Source: a virus | Lineage: Duplodnaviria; Caudoviricetes | Reading direction: 5' to 3' (one strand) | Virus record (IMG/VR): IMGVR_UViG_2209111019_000003 | Coordinates: 1 to 64,000 of that record | DNA: 64,000 nt | Shown: positions 24,824-35,475 of the stretch, piece by piece | Position numbering within the stretch: position 1 is the first letter of the stretch | Layout of the letters: the number at the start of each line of letters is the position of its first letter | Notes under the pieces: generated by a model | Databases searched by the model: none | Seen by the model: the letters and a program-made list of their open reading frames with translations, nothing else | Told to the model about the DNA's origin: nothing | Translations under genes and position numbers: made by a program

Positions 24824-27800
24824 ATGGCGGGTGCGTTCCGCATCGCGGAGGGATACGTCGAGGTCACCGCCGACCGCGAGGCTTACGACCGGACGATCGA
24901 GCGGCTGAAGTCGGAGCGGAACACTGTCAAGGTCGGCGTTCAGGTCGATGACCGTGACGCCATGGCCCGCCTGGACCGTCTCGCCCGGGACCGGCTCGCC
25001 ACCGTCAAGATCCGGGTCGACGACGCGGCGCTGTCGCGGCTGAAACTCAACAACCTCGACGTCAAGGTCAACCCGACGATCCCCGAAGCCGCGCTGCGCC
25101 GGGTGCAGGGCCAGCTCGACAAGCTCACCGCTGACCGGGTCGTTCGGATCCGCGCCGACGTCGACACGCGGGTGGGTGCGGCGGAGATCCGCAACCTGAT
25201 CCAGCGGCGCACGGCCCGTATTGGCGTGGACGTCGATACGCGCGTCGCCGCGGCTGATCTGGCGAACCTGACGCGGACCCGCACCGTCAACATCAACGCG
25301 AACGCCCGTACCGCAGACGCTCGCCTGCAGCTCGACCGCCTTGCTCGTGACCGGCACGTCAATCTCGATGTTGGCCTGGGCGGCGCCGGTGGCGCCAGCG
25401 GCGGCATCGGGGCGCTGTCGTCCAGCATGTCCAAGCTCGTCGCCGCCGCCGTCGGCGCGGCGCCCACCCTGGCCAGCCTCGGCGAGTCCCTGATCCAGAT
25501 GGGGCCTGCTGCGGCCGTTGCTGTGCCGGCCGTCCTCGGCCTGGCGACGGCATTCGCCGCCATCAAGATCGGCACGGCCGGGATCAGCGACGCGTTCAAA
25601 GCCGCGTTCCAGCCGGCGGTCAAGGGTGCGGCTGGCGCACTGTCCGGCGCCAAGGCCGTGGAGAGCGCGGAGCGGTCCCTGGCGAAGGCTGTGCAGGCGG
25701 AGAAGGACGCGGAAGTCAACGCCGCAGCCGCCCGGGTGCAGGCCGCGCGCGCTGTCGGCGATGCGCAGCAGAACTTGAAGAACACCTACCGGGACGTCGC
25801 GGACGCCAACCACCAGGCCGCCGAGTCCCTGGCCGCAGCCGAACGCGACCTGACGAACGCGCAGCGAGCCGCGAAGCAGGCGCAACAGGATCTCACTCAG
25901 GCCCGCAAAGACGCGGCGATGAGTCTGGAGGACCTGAACAACAGCCTCACCGACTCCCAGCTCTCCCAGAAGCAGGACACCCTCAACCTGCAGGACGCCG
26001 AGGCCAAGCTGGCTGCGGACCGTGCGGCCGGCCTCGACACGAGCAGCGAGCAGTACCAGAAGGACGAGCTGGCCCGCGATCAGGCCGCGCAGGCGTTGAA
26101 GGAGCAGACCACCCAGACGCAGCGGCTGTCGGATCAGGCTGCGGACGCCAACAAGAAGGGCGTCGAGGGGAGCGATCAGGTTGCGGCGGCGAAGCAGGGC
26201 GTTGCCGACGCCAACCAGACGGTCTTGGACTCTGAGCAGAACCTGGCCGACGCCCAGGCCGCAGCGACCAAGGCGCAGACGGATGGGTTGCAGCAGATCG
26301 CGAAGGCGCAGCGGGACCTTGCCGACGCGCAGGCAGCCCAGGTCAAGGCTGCGACCGACGGGGCGCGGCAGATTGCGGACGCGCAGCAGGCTGTTGTCGA
26401 TGCGGCGAATGCGGTGGGGGAAGCGCAGCAGTCCGCGGCGTTGAAGACCGGCGGTCTCGCCGACGCCATGGCGAAGCTGTCACCGAACGCCCGGTCGTTC
26501 GTGGCCGCTGTTGTGGCGTTGCGGGGGGCGTGGACGGCCCTGCGCCTCGATGTGCAGGACCGGCTGTTCCAGGGGCTGGCGGGGACGCTGACGGGCATGG
26601 CGTCGGCTGCTCTGCCGTCCCTGCGGGTCGGGCTCGTCGGTACTGCCGGGGTCTTGAACACGATGGCGAAGAACGCGGCCAGTGCGGTCACGAACCTCGC
26701 GAAGACGGGGATGCTGCGCCGGCTGTTTGACGGGATCACCGCGGGTCTCAAGCCCCTGTCGCGGATCCCGGGTCAGTTCATCACTGCTCTGACGCAGATC
26801 GGTGTCGCTGCGGCGCCCGCTTTCAAGCGGTTGACGACTGCGGTGGGGGGCGAGGCGGACAAGATTGCGAAGAGGTTGAGTGACGCGTTCAAGTCGGGCG
26901 CCCTCACCGACAAGATCAACGGTGCGATCACCATCGCCAAGCAGTTCGGTCACCTGCTTGCGGACATCTTCGGCACCGTCGGCAACGTCATGAAAGCCGC
27001 CTCGGCCGGCGGTGGCGACGCTCTCGGCTTGCTGGGGCAGCTGTTTGCGATGCTCCGCAAGGTCACCGCCATGCCTGCGGTACAGAAGGCCCTCACCTCG
27101 ATCTTCAGCGCCATCAACATGATCGCGAAGCTGCTTGCGGGCACCCTCGGGAAGGCCCTCGGACAGCTCATCATCGGGCTCGCCCCGGTCGCCGATGCGA
27201 TCACGGCGGTGCTGGCGCACCTCGGGAATGTGGGGCCGCTGATCGGCGGGATCATCGCCGCGTTCAACCCGTTCCTGGGGATCCTCGTTCTGATCGCCCC
27301 ACTGATCGGGCAGTTGGCGAAGCCCCTCGTCGGGCTGGTGAAGTCCGTGGCCCCGCTGCTGAACATCCTGTCGTCGTTCGCATCGGGCCTGTTCACGGCC
27401 CTCGCCCCGATCATCGGCGCGCTGATCGACGTCCTGTCGGGGGTGCTGCAGGCTGTCGCGCCGGTGCTGGCGAAGATCGCGCCGGTGATCCTCAACGTGG
27501 TGAAGGCGATGGCTGGCCCGTTGGCTCAGGTCATCCGGGCGTTGATCCCGGCGATCGGGCCGCTGCTGGGCATCCTCACGGCGATGGACTTGGCGATGCT
27601 GCCGCTGGCCCCGCAGTTGATGAAGCTGATCCCGCCGATCGCCCAGTTGACGGTGGCGTTGCTGAACCTGACGGTGCAGGTGCTGACGCCGCTGCTGCCG
27701 CTGATCACAGGTCTGGCGTTTCTGCTGTCGACGGTCCTGTCGGGGGCGCTGTCGATCCTCGTACCGGTGATCAACACGGTGGTGGGGTGGATCACGGTGT

Positions 27801-29473
27801 TCACCAACGCGATCACCGCGTCGGTCAAGTGGATCGTCGACAAGTTCACCGAGCTGTACGACATCCTCGTCGGCCACTCGATCATCCCCGACCTCGTCAA
27901 GGCGATCATCAGTTGGTTCACGTTCCTGTGGACCGAGAGCAAGCGGATCTTCACGACGATGATGAACGGCATCGTCGCGATCTGGAAGGCGATCTGGACT
28001 GCGCTGCGCACCGCGTGGAACGGCTTCTGGTCCGGGTTGCAGGGCGCCTGGAACGCGGCCTGGTCGTGGGCGCGGAACTCCTTCAACACTCTGCGTTCGG
28101 GCCTGTCGAGCACCTGGTCTGGGTTGTGGAATGGCATCAAGTCCACGTTCACGTCGATCATCGGCACGGTCAGTTCGAAGATCAACGACTTTGCGTCCGG
28201 CACGAAGAAAGCCTTCTCCAGCCTCCGCGACAGCCTCGGCACCATCTGGAACGGCATCAAGGAAAAATTTGCCGCGCCCGTCCGCTTCACCGTCGGCACC
28301 GTCTACAACAACGGCATCCGCAAGATGTGGGACACCATCGCGTCCAAGGTCGGGCTGCCCCAGCTCCCCTCCATCAAGTTGGGGTTCAACGCCGGTGGTG
28401 TCGTCCCTGGGGATGGCCGGCGCGACACGGTACCGGCGATGCTCACCCCCGGCGAGCGGATTTTGTCCCTGTCGCAGGTCGCCCAGTTGGGCGGGCATCG
28501 GGCGATCGACGCGATGGTCGGCCGCTCCGACAAGCACGGCAACCACTACGGCATCGGCGGCATCGTCTCCGGCATCGGGGGCGCCGCATCCGGCGTGGTC
28601 AGCGGCGTCACCGGGGCACTGGGATCGGCCGCGGACTGGGCGAAGAACCTCGCCGTGGGCGGCCTCCAGGCTGCCGCGAAGAAGGCCATCAGCTCGGTCG
28701 TCAACCCGCTGATCAACCAGATCCCTGGGCAGGGCCCCGTCGGCGACCTGATGAAGGGCGTCCCGAAGACCATCCTCAGCGGGATCCTCGGGGTCCTCGG
28801 GAAGAAAGACAAGGACGCCACATCGTCCGGGCAGATCTCGTACAAGCCCGGCGCGGGCGTCGCCCAGTGGGCCGGCACGATCCTCAAGGCCCTATCGCTG
28901 CTCGGGCAGTCCCCGTCGTGGCTGGGCACCGTCGAACGCCGCATGAACCAGGAGAGTGGCGGCAACCCGACGGTCGTCAACCGGTGGGACTCCAACTGGA
29001 CCGCCGGCACCCCGTCCGTCGGCCTCATGCAGGTCATCGGCCCCACGTTCCGCTCCCACGCCGGCCCGTTCGGGAAGACCGGGCCGTTCATGTACGGCAC
29101 CAGCGTCAACCCGCTCGCCAACACGTTCGCCGGCCTCCACTACGCCCTCGGCCGCTACCACTCGCTGTCCGCCCTCAACCGTCCCGGCGGCTACGACTCC
29201 GGCGGCCTCCTCCAGCCCGGCGCCACCATGGCCGTCAACCGCACCGGGCGCCCGGAGCGGGTGTTGAACGCTGACCACACGGCGAAGCTCGACGCGCTCC
29301 TCACCAACAGCGGAGGCGCGGGCGTCACCATCCAGGCCGTCAACATTGGCGGGACGTTCGACTTCTCCAGCCCGGCAGACCGGCGCCGGGCGGCCAACGA
29401 ACTCGTCGAGGAGATGAAGGAAGCGTTGCGGAACCTCGACAACAGCAGGCAGAGGGGCGGGCGGCGACGGTGA
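24824..29473 (+). CDS. Tape measure protein with C-terminal lytic transglycosylase-like domain
   Basis: 1549 aa; coiled coil, amphipathic Pro/Leu and Trp repeats; 'PAMLTPGE'; 'MNQESGGNP...GLMQV'. Confidence 0.93.
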   Translation: MAGAFRIAEGYVEVTADREAYDRTIERLKSERNTVKVGVQVDDRDAMARLDRLARDRLATVKIRVDDAALSRLKLNNLDVKVNPTIPEAALRRVQGQLDKLTADRVVRIRADVDTRVGAAEIRNLIQRRTARIGVDVDTRVAAADLANLTRTRTVNINANARTADARLQLDRLARDRHVNLDVGLGGAGGASGGIGALSSSMSKLVAAAVGAAPTLASLGESLIQMGPAAAVAVPAVLGLATAFAAIKIGTAGISDAFKAAFQPAVKGAAGALSGAKAVESAERSLAKAVQAEKDAEVNAAAARVQAARAVGDAQQNLKNTYRDVADANHQAAESLAAAERDLTNAQRAAKQAQQDLTQARKDAAMSLEDLNNSLTDSQLSQKQDTLNLQDAEAKLAADRAAGLDTSSEQYQKDELARDQAAQALKEQTTQTQRLSDQAADANKKGVEGSDQVAAAKQGVADANQTVLDSEQNLADAQAAATKAQTDGLQQIAKAQRDLADAQAAQVKAATDGARQIADAQQAVVDAANAVGEAQQSAALKTGGLADAMAKLSPNARSFVAAVVALRGAWTALRLDVQDRLFQGLAGTLTGMASAALPSLRVGLVGTAGVLNTMAKNAASAVTNLAKTGMLRRLFDGITAGLKPLSRIPGQFITALTQIGVAAAPAFKRLTTAVGGEADKIAKRLSDAFKSGALTDKINGAITIAKQFGHLLADIFGTVGNVMKAASAGGGDALGLLGQLFAMLRKVTAMPAVQKALTSIFSAINMIAKLLAGTLGKALGQLIIGLAPVADAITAVLAHLGNVGPLIGGIIAAFNPFLGILVLIAPLIGQLAKPLVGLVKSVAPLLNILSSFASGLFTALAPIIGALIDVLSGVLQAVAPVLAKIAPVILNVVKAMAGPLAQVIRALIPAIGPLLGILTAMDLAMLPLAPQLMKLIPPIAQLTVALLNLTVQVLTPLLPLITGLAFLLSTVLSGALSILVPVINTVVGWITVFTNAITASVKWIVDKFTELYDILVGHSIIPDLVKAIISWFTFLWTESKRIFTTMMNGIVAIWKAIWTALRTAWNGFWSGLQGAWNAAWSWARNSFNTLRSGLSSTWSGLWNGIKSTFTSIIGTVSSKINDFASGTKKAFSSLRDSLGTIWNGIKEKFAAPVRFTVGTVYNNGIRKMWDTIASKVGLPQLPSIKLGFNAGGVVPGDGRRDTVPAMLTPGERILSLSQVAQLGGHRAIDAMVGRSDKHGNHYGIGGIVSGIGGAASGVVSGVTGALGSAADWAKNLAVGGLQAAAKKAISSVVNPLINQIPGQGPVGDLMKGVPKTILSGILGVLGKKDKDATSSGQISYKPGAGVAQWAGTILKALSLLGQSPSWLGTVERRMNQESGGNPTVVNRWDSNWTAGTPSVGLMQVIGPTFRSHAGPFGKTGPFMYGTSVNPLANTFAGLHYALGRYHSLSALNRPGGYDSGGLLQPGATMAVNRTGRPERVLNADHTAKLDALLTNSGGAGVTIQAVNIGGTFDFSSPADRRRAANELVEEMKEALRNLDNSRQRGGRRR

Positions 29474-30672
29474 GCTTCAACTGGGGCAGTGTCCAACTCG
29501 GCCGGAACCTCCTGCGAGAGACGTTCGACGTCAACGAGCAGGGCGGGGACCGCACCCTCGACTTCGACGGGCAGGAGTCGAACCCGCCGCTGACCCGGGC
29601 CGTGCTGACGGCGACTCACGACAACATCAACGCCATGGAGGCCGACAGTCCTGTCGCGGTCACGTGGACGGACAAGCCGGAGCGGAACGGCTTCTACCAG
29701 GTCAAGGCGAACTCCTCGACGCTGACGGAGTACAAGAACGACACCGTCACCGCGGACTGGAAGGTCACCTTGTCGCGGCTGGGGGCGGTCGGCGAGGTCG
29801 ACATCCAGTCCCGCCTGACGGGCGTGGTTCGCCTGAACGACTTCTCCCTCACGGGGGAGCGCTGGCATGCCCCGGCGATCGGGCACTTCGGCTACTACAC
29901 CGGGGCGACGAGCCCGTCCACGATGACGCGGGCCACCAGCGACGGCACGATCACCGTGTACCGCAGCGTGCCGGCCGGAGCGTCCCCGCGGTGGGGCTGT
30001 GATCCGCTGACCTACCTCAAGGGCCGCGTGCGGGTCGCGGACACCGTGGCGGGTCTGGAGGTCGATGGGACGGAGCGGTCCCTGCCTGCGGCTGGTTGGG
30101 CGCTGTCGAACGGTCTGGTCAACGTCGTCCCGACGGCATCTGGTGGCGTCATCGACGTGCAGGCGTACACCGGCGGGGCGTGGCACTCGAAGCTGTGGAA
30201 CGTCACGGTCGCCGGGTCGGGTGTCGCCGCCTGGGACTCCGCGTCGATTCTCCGTAACGACCTGGAGCACGCCATCCTGCGCCTGTCCGCGTCCCGCTCG
30301 CCGGGTCGGGTGACGCTGGATCTGGCGCTGCGGCGCGGGGCGCGCACGGTGGAGGGCTACCTGCAGTCCGGATCGAGTGCGACGTTGGCCGTGTACCTGC
30401 GGACCCTGGAGACCAACACGAGCGCCGCGGCCTCCGGGTACGTGACCGCTACCGGCAACGACGCGGACGGCAACCGGTTCGCCGCCGGATCCGCCCGATC
30501 CTTTACGGCGCACACCAACGGCGGGGTGAGCAAGGCATCGGCGACGGCCCTGGACTTCTGGCTGGGCGTTGTGGCCGGCGGAGGCAGCCCAGCATCGGGG
30601 GACGCGGCCACTGACCTGCGCAACATGTATATCGGCAGTCTGGCCGAAGCGACGTATGCGGTGAGGCGATGA
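29470..30672 (+). CDS. Minor tail protein
   Basis: Directly after tape measure; beta-rich. Confidence 0.75.
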   Translation: MSFNWGSVQLGRNLLRETFDVNEQGGDRTLDFDGQESNPPLTRAVLTATHDNINAMEADSPVAVTWTDKPERNGFYQVKANSSTLTEYKNDTVTADWKVTLSRLGAVGEVDIQSRLTGVVRLNDFSLTGERWHAPAIGHFGYYTGATSPSTMTRATSDGTITVYRSVPAGASPRWGCDPLTYLKGRVRVADTVAGLEVDGTERSLPAAGWALSNGLVNVVPTASGGVIDVQAYTGGAWHSKLWNVTVAGSGVAAWDSASILRNDLEHAILRLSASRSPGRVTLDLALRRGARTVEGYLQSGSSATLAVYLRTLETNTSAAASGYVTATGNDADGNRFAAGSARSFTAHTNGGVSKASATALDFWLGVVAGGGSPASGDAATDLRNMYIGSLAEATYAVRR

Positions 30673-33473
30673 CGGTTCAGGAGACCCTCAACGCGCTCGG
30701 CCAGTGGGAGATCGACCTGCTGCCGACGATCCCCCGCGAGAAGCTCGACGCCCTCCAGTTCTTCGGGCACGTGGCGATCGTCCACGGCCGTGTTGACCCG
30801 GCCGTGTACGGCGACAGCCTCCTCGCCCCGGGCGTGGCCCGCTACGTCGGTGTCCTGCGCACGAACTCCCTGTCGGACGACGCCCGCACGAAGATCCCCA
30901 ACGACAACGTCAAAATCGGCGGCGTCGGCATGGCGATGTGGCTCGGCGACCAGGACAACAAGGGCTCGATCATCGAGAACGCCACGACGTTCGCGACGGG
31001 CAGCCTCTTCCCCAACGTCATTCGCGGCCTGCTGCCCGCCTCCGGGGCGGTCACCGAGGGCACCTTCTATTCGGTGCCGGGCACGTACTCGGGCACGCAC
31101 CAGTGGCAGTCGCCGCTGCAGGCCATCCAGTACGTGTGCGACACGATGTCCACCCCATCGGCCCCGGTGGGGTGGCGCGTCAACAACAACGGCACCCTCG
31201 ACGCCGGCCCCGAGGCGAACCTGTACGTCACGACGCCGCAGGCCACGATCGTCGCCCGGGGCGACGGCCAGGACATGTCGATGCTCGGCATCCCGGGCAA
31301 TATGGATCTCGATGCGGATGTGGAGGACTACACGACACGGGTGGTGCTCCTCGCGCAGGGCGACGGGGCGTCGATCGCCACCGGATCCGCGGATCTCGCG
31401 CCGGGCTCCAACCCGTACAAGGATCTGCACGGCAACGCCGTGAAGCTCACCCGCCTCGTCAGCGAGTCGGACACCACGGCGCCCAATGCGCCGGCCCGGG
31501 CGGCTCTGGCTCTGGGCCAGTACACGACGCCGAAGCAGGATCTGCGACTCAGCATCCAGGACTACGACGTCGAGGGCACGTTCAGCGTCGGGGACTACAT
31601 CTACGCCTACGACCCGGACAAGGATCTCGTCGACACCAGCGTGGAGCTGGTCTTCCGCGGTCAGCGCCTGAATCCGATCAAACTGCAGGTCACGGAGATT
31701 CAGTGGGCGGTCACCGCGGACTACACGGTCGCGTACCGGGCCGCGGACGGCACGTGGACGGACATCACCGACCACATTGAGATTAACGACGCCGGGACCT
31801 ACGTCACCGTCGGCGGTTTCGCCCGTCCCCTCGTCGGGGGCGGCGAGCCAGTCGGGTCCCGCCCGAACCAGGACACGTCGGTGCCTGGCGTGCCGCATCT
31901 GGTGACGCCGTTCCTGGGCGCCGCCTACCTGGACAGCCGGGGCTTCACGCGGGCGCGGGTTGCGGTGACGTGGAACGCCCCGCTGAACGTGGACGGCAGC
32001 ACGATCCGCGACGGCGATCACTACGAGATCCGGTACGCAGTCGACACGGATCTGATCTACCCGGCGACCTGGAGCCAGGTCTCCCAGATCCGCTGGGAGG
32101 ACATGCAGATCTGGGCACAGCCCTTCGCCGCGCCGACGGGGCAGTGGCAGACGATGGTCGTCGGCTGGGACCAGACGTCCGCCCAGCTGCAGGACTTGTC
32201 GCCGGGCATCGGCTATGACGTGCAGATCCGGGCCGTCGACTCGGTGGGGAACACGGGGGCGTGGAGCGCGACGACGACGTTCGTGGCGACGTCCGACAAC
32301 ATTCCGCCCTCCACGCCGGCCGCGCCCACTGTGGCCGCCAGCCGGATTGCGGTGCAGGTCACGCACACGCTGGGCGTGGCCAGCGGCGGCACGTTCAACC
32401 TGGAATCCGATCTGGATCATCTGGAGATTCACGCCCAGTACGAGCCGTCGTTCACCCCCACGGACGCGACGCTGCTGGGGAAGCTGAAGGCCAACGCTGG
32501 CATGATCCAGGCGGAGATCCCCGCGGTCGGCACCTACCAGGTGGACTCGACGGTCGCCGTGTACGTGCGGGTTGTGGCGGTGGACATCTCCGGGAACCGC
32601 TCCGGCCCTAGCGATGCGGCGTCGGCGACGGCGCTGCTGATCGACGACGCGCACATCTCCGACCTGACCGTCTCCAAGGTCACCGCCGGCACCATCCAGG
32701 CCAGTTGGGTGATGGCCGGGGAGATCAAGACCGCCGACACCGGGGCCCGAGCCCGCCTGTCCTCCGCAGGCATCGAACTCTACGACGCAGCAGGCACCAG
32801 GACTCTCTACGGGAACGCCGCCGACGGCTCGGTCACCATGGTGGGAGAGCTCCGCAGCACCCTCTCAAGCGGCTCCGCGATGGTCGTCAATCCGGCTGGC
32901 GCACCAAATCCCGAGATGCGCTTCTACTCTGCCGATGGCTCTGCCTACGCACGCATTTTCAGCAACGACCAGGCGATCACTCCAGGCCCAGACGCGGCGA
33001 TCGTCATAAGGTCCAGCCCCGACGGATCGAACGTTGCCGGAATGATGTACACCCGAACTGTTGGCGTGCGCGTTGGCATGACGAAGTTTTCCAACGGCTA
33101 CTACAACGCTGGCGGATACCTCGATACGAGCAGTACGCACGGTGAGGTCGGCTGCCAGGACGAACTTGGCGGCACTCTCTATTCGAAGTTTGAGGCGACA
33201 ACGTCCGGGGCGAGAATCGCAGGCACGATGCGCGGCCCGTCGGGCAGCGACGACGCGATCGTGATGGGCGAGTCGGGATCGAACTCGGCGACGGTGTTCA
33301 TCACGAGCTACGGGGTGACTCTTCCGTCGAATCCTCACATCGTGGCGACTATCAATTCGGTGTCGAGTTCGGGTGGCAGTTGGATCTCTGCTAGGGCCAC
33401 CAGCAATTTTACGATGACGCGCGAACTGAACACGGGTTCGTGCACGGTCTCCTTCTGGGCGTGGATGCAATGA
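30669..33473 (+). CDS. Minor tail / tail-tip protein with fibronectin type III domain
   Basis: 'LSPGIGYDVQIRAVDSVGNTGAWS' FN3; 'ISDLTVSKVTAGTI' fibre-like segment. Confidence 0.82.
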   Translation: MTVQETLNALGQWEIDLLPTIPREKLDALQFFGHVAIVHGRVDPAVYGDSLLAPGVARYVGVLRTNSLSDDARTKIPNDNVKIGGVGMAMWLGDQDNKGSIIENATTFATGSLFPNVIRGLLPASGAVTEGTFYSVPGTYSGTHQWQSPLQAIQYVCDTMSTPSAPVGWRVNNNGTLDAGPEANLYVTTPQATIVARGDGQDMSMLGIPGNMDLDADVEDYTTRVVLLAQGDGASIATGSADLAPGSNPYKDLHGNAVKLTRLVSESDTTAPNAPARAALALGQYTTPKQDLRLSIQDYDVEGTFSVGDYIYAYDPDKDLVDTSVELVFRGQRLNPIKLQVTEIQWAVTADYTVAYRAADGTWTDITDHIEINDAGTYVTVGGFARPLVGGGEPVGSRPNQDTSVPGVPHLVTPFLGAAYLDSRGFTRARVAVTWNAPLNVDGSTIRDGDHYEIRYAVDTDLIYPATWSQVSQIRWEDMQIWAQPFAAPTGQWQTMVVGWDQTSAQLQDLSPGIGYDVQIRAVDSVGNTGAWSATTTFVATSDNIPPSTPAAPTVAASRIAVQVTHTLGVASGGTFNLESDLDHLEIHAQYEPSFTPTDATLLGKLKANAGMIQAEIPAVGTYQVDSTVAVYVRVVAVDISGNRSGPSDAASATALLIDDAHISDLTVSKVTAGTIQASWVMAGEIKTADTGARARLSSAGIELYDAAGTRTLYGNAADGSVTMVGELRSTLSSGSAMVVNPAGAPNPEMRFYSADGSAYARIFSNDQAITPGPDAAIVIRSSPDGSNVAGMMYTRTVGVRVGMTKFSNGYYNAGGYLDTSSTHGEVGCQDELGGTLYSKFEATTSGARIAGTMRGPSGSDDAIVMGESGSNSATVFITSYGVTLPSNPHIVATINSVSSSGGSWISARATSNFTMTRELNTGSCTVSFWAWMQ

Positions 33474-34024
33474 ACGAATACGTGATCAAGTCGGTTGGGT
33501 TCGACGGCCGCAACTGGGTCGTCAACTACGACGCGCCTGACGGAACCCCGTGGGCCCACAGTTTCCCCGTGGGGAATCTGGAAACCCTGATGGCCGAGTA
33601 TGGGCTCGATGACCCGGCGGAGGCCCTGGACGTGCTCCTCCACGACCCGCACGCCTGGGCGTGGATCGGCACCCTTGACCCGCGCGACGACCCTGCGGCA
33701 GTCGCCGGCTGGGTCACCACGGACCTGCCAGATGCGGAGCCCGTCACCCTGTTCAACGCCCGCTCCACCACCGATGCGAGGGGCGCGCATCGGGCGCGCA
33801 TTGCGGCCGTGAAGGAAGCCGGGGCGACTGCCGTAGTCGACCCCGACGGGCTCCTCGCCGAGGTGCTGTCCATGCCGCTTGACGACGCCAAGCAGCGCGA
33901 CCACGCCGAGCAGGTCGACGTCTACCGCTGGCAGCTGGTGTACGGGGGGCTGCCCGACCAGACCCCGCCGCTACCCCTCGACGCCGACCCCGGTATCCCG
34001 CTGATTTCGACCTTGAGAGGCTGA
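33470..34024 (+). CDS. Hypothetical tail-module protein
   Basis: ATGA overlap; position. Confidence 0.65.
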   Translation: MNEYVIKSVGFDGRNWVVNYDAPDGTPWAHSFPVGNLETLMAEYGLDDPAEALDVLLHDPHAWAWIGTLDPRDDPAAVAGWVTTDLPDAEPVTLFNARSTTDARGAHRARIAAVKEAGATAVVDPDGLLAEVLSMPLDDAKQRDHAEQVDVYRWQLVYGGLPDQTPPLPLDADPGIPLISTLRG

Positions 34025-34026
34025 CC

Positions 34027-34998
34027 ATGCCCGATCCGTCTACCACGCGCCTTGCGCTGTACAAGTCCAAGTCGGACGGCTCCGAGCTGGTCTCTTACAC
34101 GCAGGACATCGGCCAGAACTGGGACAAGGTCGACACGGCTGTCGGCTTCCAGGTCGTGACGTCGTCGACACGGCCATCGGCCCCGTACCCGGGCAAGCCG
34201 ATCATGCAGTCCGACACGGCCTACTCCACCTACGTGTCCAACGGCACCAGCCCGGCGTCCGGATCCTGGGTGGAGATCCCCAACAGCTCGGCCGTGTATG
34301 GCGGCCGGTTCATCAGCCTGTTCCAGGGCTCCACTGTCGCGTCGTCCCTGATGCGCCTCGCCCAGACCGGCAGCGCATCCGGGTCCCGGGCCTTCGCCAC
34401 CCGCGGCGCCACAGACACTTCCGACCACTTCTTCTTCGACTTCGATGGCCGCATGCAATGGTCCGGCGGCGGCGCATCAGCTGGCGACACCAACCTCTAC
34501 CGGGCGAGTGCGAACGTCCTCAAGACCGACGACGCCTTCCAGGCGGCATCGGTCGCGGGCAACAACGTTCCGTCGACCATCTTCAAGTCCGCGCTCACCG
34601 CCAGGGCCAGCAGCACAACCATCTCGAACGACCCCGACTTCATCACCACGCTAGGCGTCGGCACGTACACCTTCGAAGCCCTCTGCAAGATCACCGGTAG
34701 CGGCAACTTCAAGGCCCAGTTCGCCTACTCGGGCACCTTCGGCACCGGCGTCTACCAGGGCATCGGCTCCGACGTCTCCGGCGCGGCCGTGCTCTACAAC
34801 AACGGAGGAACGATCAGTGCAGGCTCGCCCCCAGTTTGGATGACCAACGGGGGCATCTTCCAGGCCGTCATGTTCGCGGGTTCCATCGTCACCACGGCCG
34901 GCGGCAGCTTGTCGCTCCAGTGGGCACAAGGCACGTCCAACGCCACGGCAGCCAACCTCCGGGAAGGCTCCTGGTTCCGGGTAACGCAGATCGCATAG
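34027..34998 (+). CDS. Tail fibre / receptor-binding-like protein
   Basis: 'TTRLALYK', 'DTNLYRASANVLKTDD', G/S/T-rich. Confidence 0.75.
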   Translation: MPDPSTTRLALYKSKSDGSELVSYTQDIGQNWDKVDTAVGFQVVTSSTRPSAPYPGKPIMQSDTAYSTYVSNGTSPASGSWVEIPNSSAVYGGRFISLFQGSTVASSLMRLAQTGSASGSRAFATRGATDTSDHFFFDFDGRMQWSGGGASAGDTNLYRASANVLKTDDAFQAASVAGNNVPSTIFKSALTARASSTTISNDPDFITTLGVGTYTFEALCKITGSGNFKAQFAYSGTFGTGVYQGIGSDVSGAAVLYNNGGTISAGSPPVWMTNGGIFQAVMFAGSIVTTAGGSLSLQWAQGTSNATAANLREGSWFRVTQIA

Positions 34999-35005
34999 GA
35001 GACCA

Positions 35006-35242
35006 ATGATCTACAAGATTGCCGTCCACAACGTCGAAGACCCCAACGTGTCCTCCTTCACCGTGGCCACGGTGGAGATCTCAGACGGTGGCAGCGGATC
35101 GTCCCAGCTCCCGTTCCCGACCCCGGAGCAGGTCTACGCGATCGCCGACTCGGCGGCGTCGATCCTGCAGACGGAGCAGTGGCCCCTCGCGGTGACAGTC
35201 ACGCAGACCAATGCGGACACTGAGGTTCCGCGCCCCGCCTAG
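35006..35242 (+). CDS. Small hypothetical protein
   Basis: RBS AGGAG; last gene of the tail operon. Confidence 0.6.
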   Translation: MIYKIAVHNVEDPNVSSFTVATVEISDGGSGSSQLPFPTPEQVYAIADSAASILQTEQWPLAVTVTQTNADTEVPRPA

Positions 35243-35475
35243 CCCTTGATGGGCGGCGGCTCGTCCCCGGCCGGCGCCATCGGCCGGGGGCGCGGCGGCG
35301 CCCCTTCGAGTTCGCGGACTCTGGCTTCCAGGTGCTCGATGTACCGCTGCTGCTCCTGGATCTTCGCGTCACGCATCAGGACGTCCTCGAACAGCCCCGT
35401 GGCGCGGGACCGTGCGACGAGCGCGACCGCTTCGTGGCTGACGGTGTTCGGGTCGGGCGTGGCGGGCGTGGTCAT
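35239..35475 (-). CDS. Small coiled-coil protein
   Basis: RBS AGGAG; ATGA overlap with the glycosyltransferase. Confidence 0.6.
   Translation of the reverse strand: MTTPATPDPNTVSHEAVALVARSRATGLFEDVLMRDAKIQEQQRYIEHLEARVRELEGAPPRPRPMAPAGDEPPPIKG

Noticed and set aside
24422-32654. Long minus-strand ORFs (24422-25885, 26480-28546, 30357-32654 and similar)
   Set aside because: Shadow frames of high-GC3 tail genes, with no RBS or recognisable motifs
30669-34998. Diversity-generating retroelement or invertible tail-fibre cassette
   Set aside because: No reverse transcriptase, no template/variable repeat pair and no inverted repeats flanking alternative fibre ends were seen
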